From: Azolla caroliniana
Lineage: Eukaryota > Plantae > Polypodiophyta
Length of the DNA: 64,000 nt
Direction: 5' to 3'
NCBI GenBank assembly: GCA_043228905.1
Contig: JBHGNT010000008.1
Span: forward strand, 310,001-374,000
This document shows positions 1-15,000 of the stretch, piece after piece (within the stretch, counting starts at the first letter, position 1; each line of letters opens with the position of its first letter). The position numbers and the translations under genes were made by a program. The notes beneath the pieces are model-generated. The model did not search any database. It worked only from the letters and a program-made list of their open reading frames with translations, and was not told the origin of the DNA.

Positions 1-3000
1 AATCTTGATTTTTTAATTCCATATTATAGCTAGCCTTGTTAGCTTCGAATCGTATGTTTGAACACTAAAATCGGATATCACATGGGCCAGCTATGAACAT
101 TTTAATTTACGATCGGGCTCTTCTTAACTCCCTCCTCAAATTGGGTAATTTCTTCATGTCTCTCGACGTGAGTTTCAAAATCCTGATTTTTTAATTTCAT
201 ATCGTAGCTTGCGTTGTTATTTTCGATTCCAATGTTTAAACACTAAAATCCGATATCACATGGGCCAAGTCTAAACATTTTAATTTACTCTCGGGCTCTT
301 CTCTACTCCCTCCTCTAATTCGGGAATTTTTTCATGTCTCTCGACTTGAAATTCAAAATCTTGATTTTCGAATTCCATTACATAGCTCGCATTGTTAGCT
401 TCGATTCGCATATTTGAACACTAAAATCCGATATCACATGGCCCAGGTCTAAACATTTTAATTTACTCTCGGGCTCTTCTCTACTCCCTCCTCTAATTTG
501 GGAATTTCTTCATGTCTCTCAACCTGAGTTACAAAATCTTGATTTTTTAATTCCATATCATAGCTAGCCTTGTTAGCTTCGATTCGTATGTTTGAACACT
601 AAAATGGGATATCACATGGGCCAGGTATGAACATTTTAATTTACTCACGCGCTCTGCTCAACTCCCTCCTCAAATTTGGTAATTTCTTCATGTCTCTCGA
701 CCTGATTTTCAAAATCTTGATTTTTTAATTCCATATGATAGCTAGCTTTGTTAGCTTCGATTCTCATATTTGAACACTAAAATCCAATATCACATGGGCC
801 AGGTATGAACATTTTAATTTACTCTCGGCCTCTTCCCTACTCCCTCCTCTAATTTAGTAATTTCTTCATGTCTCTCGACCTGAGTTTCAAAACCTTGATT
901 TTTTAATTCCATATCATAGCTAGCCTTGTTAGCTTCGATTCGTATGTTTGAACACTAAAGTCCCATATCACATGGGCCAGGTATGAACATTTTAATTTAC
1001 TCACGCGCTCTTCTCAACTTCCTCCTCAAATTTTGTAATTTCTTCATATCTCTCGACCTGAGTTTCAAAACCTTGATTTATTAATTCCATATCATAACTA
1101 GCGTTGTTAGCTTCGATTCGTATGTTTGAACACTAAAATCCGATATCACATGGGCCAGGTATGAACATTTCAATTTACTCTCGGCCTCCTCTCTACTCCC
1201 TCCTCTAATTTGGGAATGTCTTCATGTCTCTCAACCTGAGTTTCAAAACCTTGATTTTTTAATTCCATATCATAGCTAACCTTGTTAGCTTCGATTCGTA
1301 TGTTTGAACAGTAAAATCCGATATCACATGGGCCAGGTCTAAACATTTTAATTTACTCTCGGGCTCTTCTCAACTCCCTCCTCAAATTCGGTAATTTCTT
1401 CATTTCTCTCGACCTGAGTTTCAAAATCTTGATTTTTTAATTCCATATCATAGCTAGCCTTGTTAGCTTCGATTCGTATGTTTGAACACTAAAATCCGAT
1501 ATCACATGGGCCAGGTATGAACATTTTAATTTACTCTCGGACGCTTCTCAACTCCCTCCTCTAAATTGGTAATTTCTTCATGTCTCTCGACCTAAGTTTC
1601 AAAATCTTGATTTTTTAATTCCATATCATAGCTTGCGTTGTTAGCTTCGATTCGCATGTTTGAACACTAAAATTCTATATCACTTGGGCCAGGTCTGAAC
1701 ATTTTAATTTACTCACACGCTCTTCTAAACTCTCTCCTCAAATTTGGTAATTTGGTCCTATCTCTCGACCTGAGTTTGAAAATCTTGATTTTATAATTGC
1801 ATATCATAGGTACCTTTGTTAGCCTCGATTCGCATGTTTAAACACTAAAATCCGATATCACATGGGCCAGGTCTAAACATTTTAATTTACTCTAGGGCTC
1901 TTCTCTACTCCCTGCTCTAATTTGGGAATTTCTTCATGTCTCTCGACCTGCGTTTCAAAATCTTGATTTTTTAATTCCATAACATAGCTCGCATTGTTAG
2001 CTTCGATTCGCATATTTAAACACTAAAATCTGATATCACATGGGCCAGGTATGAAGATTTTAATTTACTCTCAGGCTCCTCTCTACTCCCTCCTCTAATT
2101 TGGGAATGTCTTCCTGTCTCTCGACCTGAGTTTGAAAATCTTGATTTTTTAATTCCATATCATAGGTACCTTTGTTAGCTTCGATTCGCATATTTGAACA
2201 CTAAAATCCTATATCACATGGGCCAGGTATGAACATTTTAATTTACTCATGCGCTCTTCTCAACTCCCTCCTCAAATTTGATAATTTCTTAATATCTCTC
2301 GACCTGAGTTTCAAAATCTTGATTTTTTAATTCCATATCATAGATAGCTTTGCTAGCTTCGATTCGCATGTTTAAATACTAAAATCCGATATCACATGGG
2401 CTAGGTCTAAACATTTTAATTTACTCTCGGGCTCTTCTCTACTCCCTCCTCTAATTTGGGAATTTCTTCATGTCTCTCGACCTGAGTTTCAAAATCTTGA
2501 TTTTTTAATTCCATATCATAGGTACCTTTGTTAGCTTCGATTCGTATGTTTGAATACTAAAATCCGATATCACATGTGCCAGGTATAAACATTTTAATTT
2601 ACTCTCGGGCTCTTCTCTACTCCCTCCTCTAATTTGGTAATTTCTTCATGTCTCTCGACCTGAGTTTCAAAACCTTAATTTTTTAGTTCCATATCATAGC
2701 TAGCCTTGTTAGCTTCGATTCGTATGGTTGAACATTAAAATCCGATATCACATGTGCCAGGTATGAACATTTTAATTTGCTCTCGGGCTCTTCTCAACTG
2801 CCTCTTCAAATTTGGTAATTTCTTCATGTCTCTCGACGTGAGTTTTAAAATCTTGATTTTTTAATTCCATATCATAGGTAGCTTGGTTAGCTTTAATTCG
2901 CATGGCTGAACAATAAAATTCGATATCACATGGGCCAGGTATAAACATTTTAATTTACTCTCGGCCTCTTCTCTACTCCCTCCTCTAATTTGGTAATTTC

Positions 3001-6000
3001 TTTATGTCTCTCGACCTGAGTTTCAAAACCTTGATTTTTTAATTCCATATCATAGCTAGCCTTGTTAGCTTCGATTCGTATGTTTGAACACTAAAATCCG
3101 ATATCACATGGGCCAGGTATGAACATTTTGATTTACTCTCGGGCTCTTCTCAACTCCCTCCTCAAATTTGGTAATTTCTTCATGTCTCTCGACGTGAGTT
3201 TCAAAAGCTTGATTTTTTAATTCCATATCATAGGTAGCTTTGTTAGCTTCGATTCGCATATTTGAACACTAAAATCCGATATCACATGGGCCAGGTATGA
3301 ACATTTTAATTTACTCTCGGGCTCCTCTCTACTCCCTCCTGTAATTTGGGAATGTCTTCATGTCTCTTGACCTGAGTTTCAAAATCTTGATTTTTTAATT
3401 GCATATCATAGCTAGCCTTGTTAGCTTCGATTCGTATGTTTGAACACTAAAATCCGATATCACGTGGGCCAGGTATGAACATTTTAATTAACTCTCGGGC
3501 TCTTCTCAACTCCCTCCTCAAATTGGGTAATTTCTTCATGTCTCTCGACCTGAGTTTCAAAATCTTGATTTTTTAATTCCATATCATAGCTAGCCTTGTT
3601 AGCTTCGATTCGTATGTTTGAACACTAAAATCCGATATCACATGGGCCAGGTATGAACATTTTGATTTACTCTCGGGCTCTTCTCAACTCCCTCCTCAAA
3701 TTTGGTAATTTCTTCATGTCTCTCGACCTGAGTTTCAAAACCTTAATTTTTTAGTTCCATATCATAGCTAGCCTTGTTAGCTTCGATTCGTATGGTTGAA
3801 CATTAAAATCCGATATCACGTGGGCCAGGTATGAACATTTTAATTAACTCTCGGGCTCTTCTCAACTCCCTCCTCAAATTGGGTAATTTCTTCATGTCTC
3901 TCGACCTGAGTTTCAAAATCTTGATTTTTTATATCCATATCATAGCTTGCGTTGTTAGCTTCGATTCCAATGTTTAAACACTAAAATCCGATATCACATT
4001 GGCCAAGTCTAAACATTTTAATTTACTCTCGGGCTCTTCTCTACTCCCTCCTCTAATTCGGGAATTTCTTCATGTCTCTCGACGTGAGTTTCAAAACCTT
4101 GATATTTTAATTCGATATCATAGGTAGCTTTGTTAGCTTCGATTCGCATGTTTGAACACTAAAATCCGATATCAAATGGGCCAGGTATGAACATTTTAAT
4201 TTACTCTCGGCTTCTTCTCTACTCCCTCCTCTAATTTGGTAATTTCTTCATGTCTCTCAACCTGAGTTTCAAAACCTTGATTTTTTAATTCCACATCATA
4301 GCTAGCCTTGTTAGCTTCGATTCGTATGTTTGAACACTAATATCCGATATCACATGGGCCAGGTATGAACATTTTAATTTACTCTCGGCCTCTTCTCTAC
4401 TCCCTCCTCTAATTTAGTAATTTCTTCATGTCTCTCGACCTGAGTTTCAAAACCTTGATTTTTTAATTCCATATCATAGCTACCCTTGTTAGCTTCGATT
4501 CGTATGTTTGAACACTAAAATCCGATATCACGTGGGCCAGGTATGAACATTTTAATTTACTCTCGGCCTCTTCTCTACTCCCTCCTCAAATTGGGTAATT
4601 TCTTCATGTCTCTCGACCTGAGTTTAAAATCTTGACTTTTTAATTCCATAACATAGCTCGCATTGTTAACTTCGATTCGCATATTTGAACACTAAAATCC
4701 GATATCACATGGGCCAGGTATGAACATTTTAATTTACTCTCGGCCTCTTCTCTACTTCCTCCTCTAATTTGGTAATTTCTTCTTGTCTCTCGACCTGACT
4801 TTCAAAATCTTAATTTTTGAATTCCATAACATGGCTCGTATTGTTAGCTTCGTTTCGCATATTTAAACACTAAAATCCGATATCAGATGGGCCAGGTATG
4901 AACATTTTAATTTAATCTCGGGCTCCTCTCTACTCCCTCCTCTAATTTGGGAATGTCTTCATATCTGTCGATCTGAGTTTCAAAATCTTGATTTTTTAAT
5001 TCCATATCATAGGTACCTTTGTTAGCTTCGATTCGCATATTTGAACACTAAAATCCGATATCACATGGGCCAGGTATGAACATTTTAATTTACTCTCGGC
5101 CTCTTCTCTACTCCCTCCTCTAATTTGGTAATTTCTTCATGTCTCTCGACCTGAGTTTCAAAACCTTGATTTTTTAATTCCATATCATACCTAGCCTTGT
5201 TAGCTTGGATTCGTATGTTTGAACACTAAAATCCGATATCACATGGGCCAGGTATGAACATTTTAATTTACTCTCGGCCTCTTCTCTACTCCCTCCTCTA
5301 ATTTGGTAATTTCTTCATGTCTCTCGACCTGAGTTTCAAAACCTTGATTTTTTAATTCCATATCATAGCTAGCCTTGTTAGCTTCGATTCGTATGTTTGA
5401 ACACTAAAATCCGATATCACATGGGCCAGGTATGAACATTTTAATTTACTCTCGGCCTCTTCTCTACTCCCTCCTCTAATTTGGTAATTTCTTCATGTCT
5501 CTCGACCTGAGTTTCAAAACCTTGATTTTTGAATTTCATAACATAGCTAGCATTGTTAGCTTCGATTCGCATATTTGAACACTAAAATCCGATATCACAT
5601 GGGCCAGGTATGAACATTTTAATTTACTCACGCGCTCTTCTGAACTTCCTCCTCAAATATTGTAATTTCTTCATATCTCTCGACCTAAGTTTTAAAATCT
5701 TGATTTTTTAATTCGCATGGTTGGTTAGCATGGTTAGCTTGGTTATCTTTAATTCGCATGGCTGAACAATAAAATGCGATATCACATGGGCCAAGTATGA
5801 ACATTTTAATTTACTCTCGGGCTCCTCTCTACTCCCTCCTCTAATTTGGGAATTTCTTCATGTCTCTTGACCTGAGTTTCAAAATCTTGATTTTTTAATT
5901 CCATATCATAGGTACCTTTGTTAGCTTCGATTCGTATGTTTGAACACTAAAATCCGATATCACATGTGCCAGGTATAAACATTTTAATTTACTCTCGGGC

Positions 6001-9000
6001 TCTTCTCTACTCCCTCCTCTAATTTGGTAATTTCTTCATGTCTCTCGACCTGAGTTTTCAAAACCTTGATTTTTTAGTTCCATATCATAGCTAGCCTTGT
6101 TAGCTTCGATTCGTATGGTTGAACACTAAAATCCGATATCACATGTGCCAGGTATGAACATTTTAATTTGCTCTCGGGCTCTTCTCAACTGCCTCTTCAA
6201 ATTTGGTAATTTCTTCATGTCTCTCGACGTGAGTTTTAAAATCTTGATTTTTTAATTCCATATCATAGGTAGCTTGGTTAGCTTTAATTCGCATGGCTGA
6301 ACAATAAAATCCGATACCACATGGGCCAGGTATGAACATTTTAATTTACTCTCGGCCTCTTCTCTACTCCCTGCTCTAATTTGGTAATTTCTTTATGTCT
6401 CTCGACCTGAGTTTCAAAACCTTGATTTTTTAATTCCAAATAATAGCTAGCCTTGTTAGCTTCGATTCGTATGTTTGAACACTAAAATCCGATATCACAT
6501 GGGCCAGGTATGAACATTTTAATTTACTCTCGGGCTCTTCTCAACTCCCTCCTCAAATTTGGTAATTTCTTCATGTCTCTCGACCTGAGTTTCAAAATCT
6601 TGATTTTTTAATTCCATATCATAGGTACCTTTGTTAGCTTCGATTCCTATGTTTGAATACTAAAATCCGATATCACATGTGCCAGGTATAAACATTTTAA
6701 TTTACTCTCGGGCTCTTCTCTACTCCCTCCTCTAATTTGGTAATTTCTTCATGTCTCTCGACCTGAGTTTCAAAACCTTAATTTTTTAGTTCCATATCAT
6801 AGCTAGCCTTGTTAGCTTCGATTCGTATGGTTGAACATTAAAATCCGATATCACATGTGCCAGGTATGAACATTTTAATTTGCTCTCGGGCTCTTCTCTA
6901 CTCCCTCCTCTAATTCGGGAATTTCTTCATGTCTCTCGACCTGAAATTCAAAATCTTGATTTTCGAATTCCATATCATAGGTAGCTTGGTTAGCTTTAAT
7001 TCGCATGGCTGAACAATAAAATCCGATATCACATGGGCCAGGTATAAACATTTTAATTTACTCTCGGCCTCTTCTCTACTCCCTCCTCTAATTTGGTAAT
7101 TTCTTTATGTCTCTCGACCTGAGTTTCAAAACCTTGATTTTTTAATTCCATATCATAGCTAGCCTTGTTAGCTTCGATTCGTATGTTTGAACACTAAAAT
7201 CCGATATCACATGGGCAGGTATGAACATTTTAATTTACTCTCGGGCTCTTCTCAACTCCCTCCTCAAATTTAGTAATTGCTTCATGTCTCTCGACGTGAG
7301 TTTTAAGAGCTTGATTTTTTAATTCGATATCATAGCTAGCCTTGTTAGCTTCGATTCGTATGTTTGACCACTAAAATCCGATATCACATGGGCCAAGTCT
7401 AAACATTTTAATTTACTCTCGGGCTCTTCTCAACTACCTCCTCAAATTGGGTAATTTCTTCATGTCTCTCGACGTGAGTTTCAAAATCTTGATTTTTTAA
7501 TTCCATATCATACCTTGCGTTGTTAGCTTCGATTCCAATGTTTAAACACTAAAATCCGATATCACATTGGCCAAGTCTAAACATTTTAATTTACTCTTGA
7601 GCTCTTCTCTACTCCCTCCTCTAATTCGGGAATTTCTTCATGTCTCTCGACCTGAAATTTAAAATCTTGATTTTTTAATTCGATATCATAGCTCGCATTG
7701 TTAGCTTCGATTCGCATATTTGAACACGAAAATCCGATATCACATGGGCCAGGTCTAAACATTTTAATTTACTCTCGGGCTCTTCTCTACTCCCTCCTCT
7801 AATTTGGGAATTTCTTCATGTCTCTCAACCTGAGTTTCAAAACCTTAATTTTTTAATTCCATATCATAGCTAGCCTTGTTAGCTTCGAATCGTATGTTTG
7901 AACACTAAAATCCGATATCACATGGGCAGGTATGAACATTTTAATTTACTCTCGGGCTCTTCTCAACTCCCTCCTCAAATTTAGTAATTTCTTCATGTGT
8001 CTCGACGTGAGTTTTAAGAGCTTGATTTTTTAATTCGATATCATAGCTAGCCTTGTTAGCTTCGATTCGTATGTTTGAACACTAAAATCCGATATCACAT
8101 GGGCCAGGTCTAAACATTTTAATTTACTCTCGGGCTCTTCTCAACTCCCTCCTCAAATTGGGTAATTTTTTCATGTCTCTCGACGTGAGTTTCAAAATCT
8201 TGATTTCTTAATTCCATATCATAGCTTGCGTTGTTAGCTTCGATTCCAATGTTTAAACACTAAAATCCGATATCACATTGGCCAAGTCTAAACATTTTAA
8301 TTTACTCTCGGGCTCTTCTCTACTCCCTCCTCTAATTCGGGAATTTCTTCAATCTCTCGACCTGAAATTCAAAATCTTGATTTTTTAATTCGATATCATA
8401 GCTCGCATTGTTAGCTTCGATTCGCATATTTGAACACGAAAATCCGATATCACATGGGCCAGGTCTAAACATTTTAATTTACTATCGGGCTCTTCTCTAC
8501 TCCCTCCTCTAATTTGGGAATTTCTTTATGTCTCTCAACCTGAGTTTCAAAATCTTCATTTTTTAATTCCATATTATAGCTAGCCTTGTTAGCTTCGAAT
8601 CGTATGTTTGAACACTAAAATCGGATATCACATGGGCCAACTATGAACATTTTAATTTACGATCGGGCTCTTCTCAACTCCCTCCTCAAATTGGGTAATT
8701 TCTTCATGTCTCTCGACGTGAGTTTCAAAATCCTGATTTTTTAATTCCATATCATAGCTTGCGTTGTTATTTTCGATTCCAATGTTTAAACACTAAAATC
8801 CGATATCGCATGGGCCAAGTCTAAACATTTTAATTTACTCTCGGGCTCTTCTCTACTCCCTCCTCTAATTCGGGAATTTCTTCATGTCTCTCGACCTGAA
8901 ATTCAAAATCTTGATTTTCGAATTCCATAACATGGCTCGCATTGTTAGCTTCGATTCGCATATTTGAACACGAAGATCCGATATCACATGGGCCAGGTCC

Positions 9001-12000
9001 AAACATTTTAATTTACTCTCGGGCTCTTCTCTACTCCCTCCTCTAATTTGGGAATTTCTTTATGTCTCTCAACCTGAGTTTCAAAATCTTGATTTTTTAA
9101 TTCCATATCATAGCTAGCCTTGTTAGCTTCGATTCGTATGTTTGAACACTAAAATCCGATATCACATGGGCCAGGTATGAACATTTTAATTTAATCTCGG
9201 CCTCTTCTCACGACCCTCCTCTAATTTTTTGATTTCTTCATGTCTCTCGACCTGAGTTTCAAAACCTTGATTTTTTAATTCCATATCATAGCTAGCCTTG
9301 TTAGCTTCGAATCGTATGTTTGAACACTAAAATCGGATATCACATGGGCCAGGTATGAACATTTTAATTTACGATCGGGCTCTTCTCAACTCCCTCCTCA
9401 AATTGGGTAATTTCTTCATGTCTCTCGACGTGAGTTTCAAAATCTTGATTTTTTAATTCCATATCATAGCTTACGTTGTTATTTTCGATTCCAATGTTTA
9501 AACACTAAAATCCGATATCACATGGGCCAAGTCTAAACATTTTAATTTAGTCTCGGGCTCTTCTCTACTCCCTCCTCTAATTTGGGAATTTCTTCATGTC
9601 TCTCAACCTGAGTTACAAAATCTTGATTTTTTATTTCCATATCATAGCTCGCATTGTTAGCTTCGATTCGTATGTTTGAACACTAAAATCAGATATCACA
9701 TGGGCAGGTATGAACATTTTAATTTACTCTCGGGCTCTTCTCAACTCCCTCCTCAAATTTAGTAATTTCTTCATGTCTCTCGACGTGAGTTTTAAGAGCT
9801 TGATTTTTTAATTCGATATCATAGCTAGCCTTGTTAGCTTCGATTCGTATGTTTGAACACTAAAATCCGATATCACATGGGCCAGGTCTAAACATTTTAA
9901 TTTACTCTCGGGCTCTTCTCAACCCCCTCCTCAAATTGGGTAATTTCTTCATGTCTCTCGACGTGAGTTTCAAAATCTTGATTTTTTAATTCCATATCAT
10001 AGCTTGCGTTGTTAGCTTCGATTCCAATGTTTAAACACTAAAATCCGATATCACATTGGCCAAGTCTAAACATTTTAATTTACTCTCGGGCTCTTCTCTA
10101 CTCCCTCCTCTAATTCGGGAATTTCTTCATGTCTCTCGACCTGAAATTCAAAATCTTGATTTTTTAATTCGATATCATAGCTCGCATTGTTAGCTTCGAT
10201 TCGCATATTTGAACACGAAAATCCGATATCACATGGGCCAGGTCTAAACATTTTAATTTACTCTCGGGCTCTTCTCTACTCCCTCCTCTAATTTGGGAAT
10301 TTCTTTAGGTCTCTCAACCTGAGTTTCAAAATCTTGATTTTTTAATTCCATATTATAGCTAGCCTTGTTAGCTTCGAATCGTATGTTTGAACACTAAAAT
10401 CGGATATCACATGGGCCAGCTATGAACATTTTAATTTACGATCGGGCTCTTCTTAACTCCCTCCTCAAATTGGGTAATTTCTTCATGTCTCTCGACGTGA
10501 GTTTCAAAATCCTGATTTTTTAATTTCATATCGTAGCTTGCGTTGTTATTTTCGATTCCAATGTTTAAACACTAAAATCCGATATCACATGGGCCAAGTC
10601 TAAACATTTTAATTTACTCTCGGGCTCTTCTCTACTCCCTCCTCTAATTCGGGAATTTCTTCATGTCTCTCGACCTGAAATTCAAAATCTTGATTTTCGA
10701 ATTCCATTACATATCTCGCATTGTTAGCTTCGATTCGCATATTTGAACACTAAAATCTGATATCACATGGGCCAGGTCTAAACATTTTAATTTACTCTCG
10801 GGCTCTTCTCTACTCCCTCCTCTAATTTGGGAATTTCTTCATGTCTCTCAACCTGAGTTACAAAATCTTGATTTTTTAATTCCATATCATAGCTAGCCTT
10901 GTTAGCTTTGATTCGTATGTTTGAACACTAAAATGGGATATCACATGGGCCAGGTATGAACATTTTAATTTACTCACGCGCTCTTCTCAACTCCCTCCTC
11001 AAATTTGGTAATTTCTTCATGTCTCTCGACCTGATTTTCAAAATCTTGATTTTTTAATTCCATATGATAGCTAGCTTTGTTAGCTTCGATTCTCATATTT
11101 GAACACTAAAATCCGATATCACATGGGCCAGGTATGAACATTTTAATTTACTCTCGGCCTCTTCCCTACTCCCTCCTCTAATTTAGTAATTTCTTCATGT
11201 CTCTCGACCTGAGTTTCAAAACCTTGATTTTTTAATTCCATATCATAGCTAGCCTTGTTAGCTTCGATTCGTATGTTTGAACACTAAAATCCCATATCAC
11301 ATGGGCCAGGTATGAACATTTTAATTTACTCACGCGCTCTTCTCAACTTCTTCCTCAAATTTTGTAATTTCTTCATATCTCTCGACCTGAGTTTCAAAAC
11401 CTTGATTTATTAATTCCATATCATAACTAGCGTTGTTAGCTTTGATTCGTATGTTTGAACACTAAAATCCGATATCACATGGGCCAGGTATGAACATTTT
11501 AATTTACTCTCGGGCTCCTCTCTACTCCCTCCTCTAATTTGGGAATGTCTTCATGTCTCTCAACCTGAGTTACAAAACCTTGATTTTTTATTTCCATATC
11601 ATAGCTAGCCTTGTTAGCTTCGATTCGTATGTTTGAACACTAAAATCCGATATCACATGGGCAGGTATGAACATTTTAATTTACTCTCGGGCTCTTCTCA
11701 ACTCCCTCCTCAAATTTAGTAATTTCTTCATGTCTCTCGACGTGAGTTTTAAGAGCTTGATTTTTTAATTCGATATCATAGCTAGCCTTGTTAGCTTCGA
11801 TTCGTATGTTTGAACACTAAAATCCGATATCACATGGGCCAGGTCTAAACATTTTAATTTACTCTCGGGCTCTTCTCAACTCCCTCCTCAAATTGGGTAA
11901 TTTCTTCATGTCTCTCGACGTGAGTTTCAAAATCTTGATTTTTTAATTCTATATCATAGCTTGCGTTATTAGCTTTGATTCCAATGTTTAAACACTAAAA

Positions 12001-15000
12001 TCCGATATCACATTGGCCAAGTCTAAACATTTTAATTTACTCTCGGGCTCTTCTCTACTCCCTCCTCTAATTCGGGAATTTCTTCATGTCTCTCGACCTG
12101 AAATTCAAAATCTTGATTTTTTAATTCGATATCATAGCTCGCATTGTTAGCTTCGATTCGCATATTTGAACACGAAAATCCGATATCACATGGGCCAGGT
12201 CTAAACATTTTAATTTACTCTCGGGCTCTTCTCTACTCCCTCCTCTAATTTGGGAATTTCTTTATGTCTCTCAACCTGAGTTTCAAAATCTTGATTTTTT
12301 AATTCCATATCATAGCTAGCCTTGTTAGCTTCGATTCGTATGTTTGAACACTAAAGTCCCATATCACATGGGCCAGGTATGAACATTTTAATTTACTCAC
12401 GCGCTCTTCTCAACTTCTTCCTCAAATTTTGTAATTTCTTCATATCTCTCGACCTGAGTTTCAAAACCTTGATTTATTAATTCCATATCATAACTAGCGT
12501 TGTTAGCTTTGATTCGTATGTTTGAACACTAAAATCCGATATCACATGGGCCAGGTATGAACATTTTAATTTACTCTCGGGCTCCTCTCTACTCCCTCCT
12601 CTAATTTGGGAATGTCTTCATGTCTCTCAACCTGAGTTACAAAACCTTGATTTTTTATTTCCATATCATAGCTAGCCTTGTTAGCTTCGATTCGTATGTT
12701 TGAACAATAAAATCCGATATCACATGGGCAGGTATGAACATTTTAATTTACTCTCGGGCTCTTCTCAACTCCCTCCTCAAATTTGGGAATGTCTTCATGT
12801 CTCTCGACCTGAGTTTCAAAATCTTGATTTTTTAATTCCATATCATAGGTACCTTTGTTATCTTCGATTCTCATCTTTGAACACTAAAATCCGATATCAC
12901 ATTGGCCAGGTATGAACATTTCAATTTACTCTCGGCCTCTTCCCTACTCCCTCCTCTAATTTAGTAATTTCTTCATGTCTCTCGACCTGAGTTTCAAAAC
13001 CTTGATTTTTTAATTCCATATCATAGCTAACCTTGTTAGCTTCGATTCGTATGTTTGAACACTAAAATCCGATATCACATGGGCCAGGTATGAACATTTT
13101 GATTTACTCTCGGGCTCTTCTCAACTCCCTCCTCAAATTTGGTAATTTCTTCATGTCTCTCGACGTGAGTTTCAAAAGCTTGATTTTTTAATTCCATATC
13201 ATAGGTAGCTTTGTTAGCTTCGATTCGCATATTTGAACACTAAAATCCGATATCACATGGGCCAGGTATGAACATTTTAATTTACTCTCGGGCTCCTCTC
13301 TACTCCCTCCTCTAATTTGGGAATGTCTTCATGTCTCTCGACCTGAGTTTCAAAATCTTGATTTTTTAATTGCATATCATAGCTAGCCTTGTTAGCTTCG
13401 ATTCGTATGTTTGAACACTAAAATCCGATATCACGTGGGCCAGGTATGAACATTTTAATTAACTCTCGGGCTCTTCTCAACTCCCTCCTCAAATTGGGTA
13501 ATTTCTTCATGACTCTCGACCTGAGTTTCAAAATCTTGATTTTTTAATTCCATATCATAGCTAGCCTTGTTAGCTTCGATTCGTATGTTTGAACACTAAA
13601 ATCCGATATCACATGGGCCAGGTATGAACATTTTGATTTACTCTCGGGCTCTTCTCAACTCCCTCCTCAAATTTGGTAATTTCTTCATGTCTCTCGACCT
13701 GAGTTTCAAAACCTTAATTTTTTAGTTCCATATCATAGCTAGCCTTGTTAGCTTCGATTCGTATGGTTGAACATTAAAATCCGATATCACGTGGGCCAGG
13801 TATGAACATTTTAATTAACTCTCGGGCTCTTCTCAACTCCCTCCTCAAATTGGGTAATTTCTTCATGTCTCTCGACCTGAGTTTCAAAATCTTGATTTTT
13901 TATATCCATATCATAGCTTGCGTTGTTAGCTTCGATTCCAATGTTTAAACACTAAAATCCGATATCACATTGGCCAAGTCTAAACATTTTAATTTACTCT
14001 CGGGCTCTTCTCTACTCCCTCCTCTAATTCGGGAATTTCTTCATGTCTCTCGACCTGAGTTTCAAAATCTTGATTTTTGAATTCCATAACATAGCTCGCA
14101 TTGTTAGCTTCGATTCGTATGTTTGAACACTAAAATCCGATATCACATGGGCCAGGTATGAACATTTTAATTTACTCTCGGGCACTTCTCAACTCCATCC
14201 TCAAATTTGGTAATTTCTTCATGTCTCTCGACGTGAGTTTCAAAACCTTGATATTTTAATTCCATATCATAGGGAGCTTTGTTAGCTTCGATTCGCATAT
14301 TTGAACACTAAAATCCGATATCACATGGCCCAAGTATGAACATTTTAATTTACTCTCGGGCTCCTCTCTACTCCCTCCTCTAATTTGGGAATGTCTTCAT
14401 GTCTCTCGACCTGAGTTTCAAAATCCTGATTTTTTAATTCCATATCATAGGTACCTTTGTTAGCATCGATTCGCATGTTTGAACACTAAAATCCGATATC
14501 ACATGTGCCAGGTATAAACATTTTAATTTACTCTCGGGCTCTTCTCTACTCCCTCCTCTAATTTGGTAATTTCTTCATGTCTCTCGACCTGAGTTTCAAA
14601 ACCTTAATTTTTTAGTTCCATATCATAGCTAGCCTTGTTAGCTTCGATTCGTATGGTTGAACATTAAAATCCGATATCACATGTGCCAGGTATGAACATT
14701 TTAATTTGCTCTCCGGCTCTTCTCAACTGCCTCTTCAAATTTGGTAATTTCTTCATGTCTCTCGACGTGAGTTTTAAAATCTTGATTTTTTAATTCCATA
14801 TCATAGGTAGCTTGGTTAGCTTTAATTCGCATGGCTGAACAATAAAATCCGATATCACATGGGCCAGGTATAAACATTTTAATTTACTCTCGGCCTCTTC
14901 TCTACTCCCTCCTCTAATTTGGTAATTTCTTTATGTCTCTCGACCTGAGTTTCAAAACCTTGATTTTTTAATTCCATATCATAGCTAGCCTTGTTAGCTT

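Noticed and set aside
40-62. CENP-B box-like motif at CTTCGATTCG
   Set aside because: Only TTCG matches; the downstream CGGG element of the canonical 17-bp box is missing at the required spacing.
1-178. Identification as Arabidopsis CEN178, Brassica CentBr, alpha satellite, or a 5S rDNA/tRNA array
   Set aside because: Only the length is similar to the satellites. I recognise none of their diagnostic sequences and see no 5S or tRNA structure; a database search is needed.
5715-5750. Telomere-like repeats (TGGTTAGC)
   Set aside because: They do not match TTTAGGG, TTAGGG, TTAGG or TTAGGC arrays and are explained by copying of the adjacent satellite sequence.
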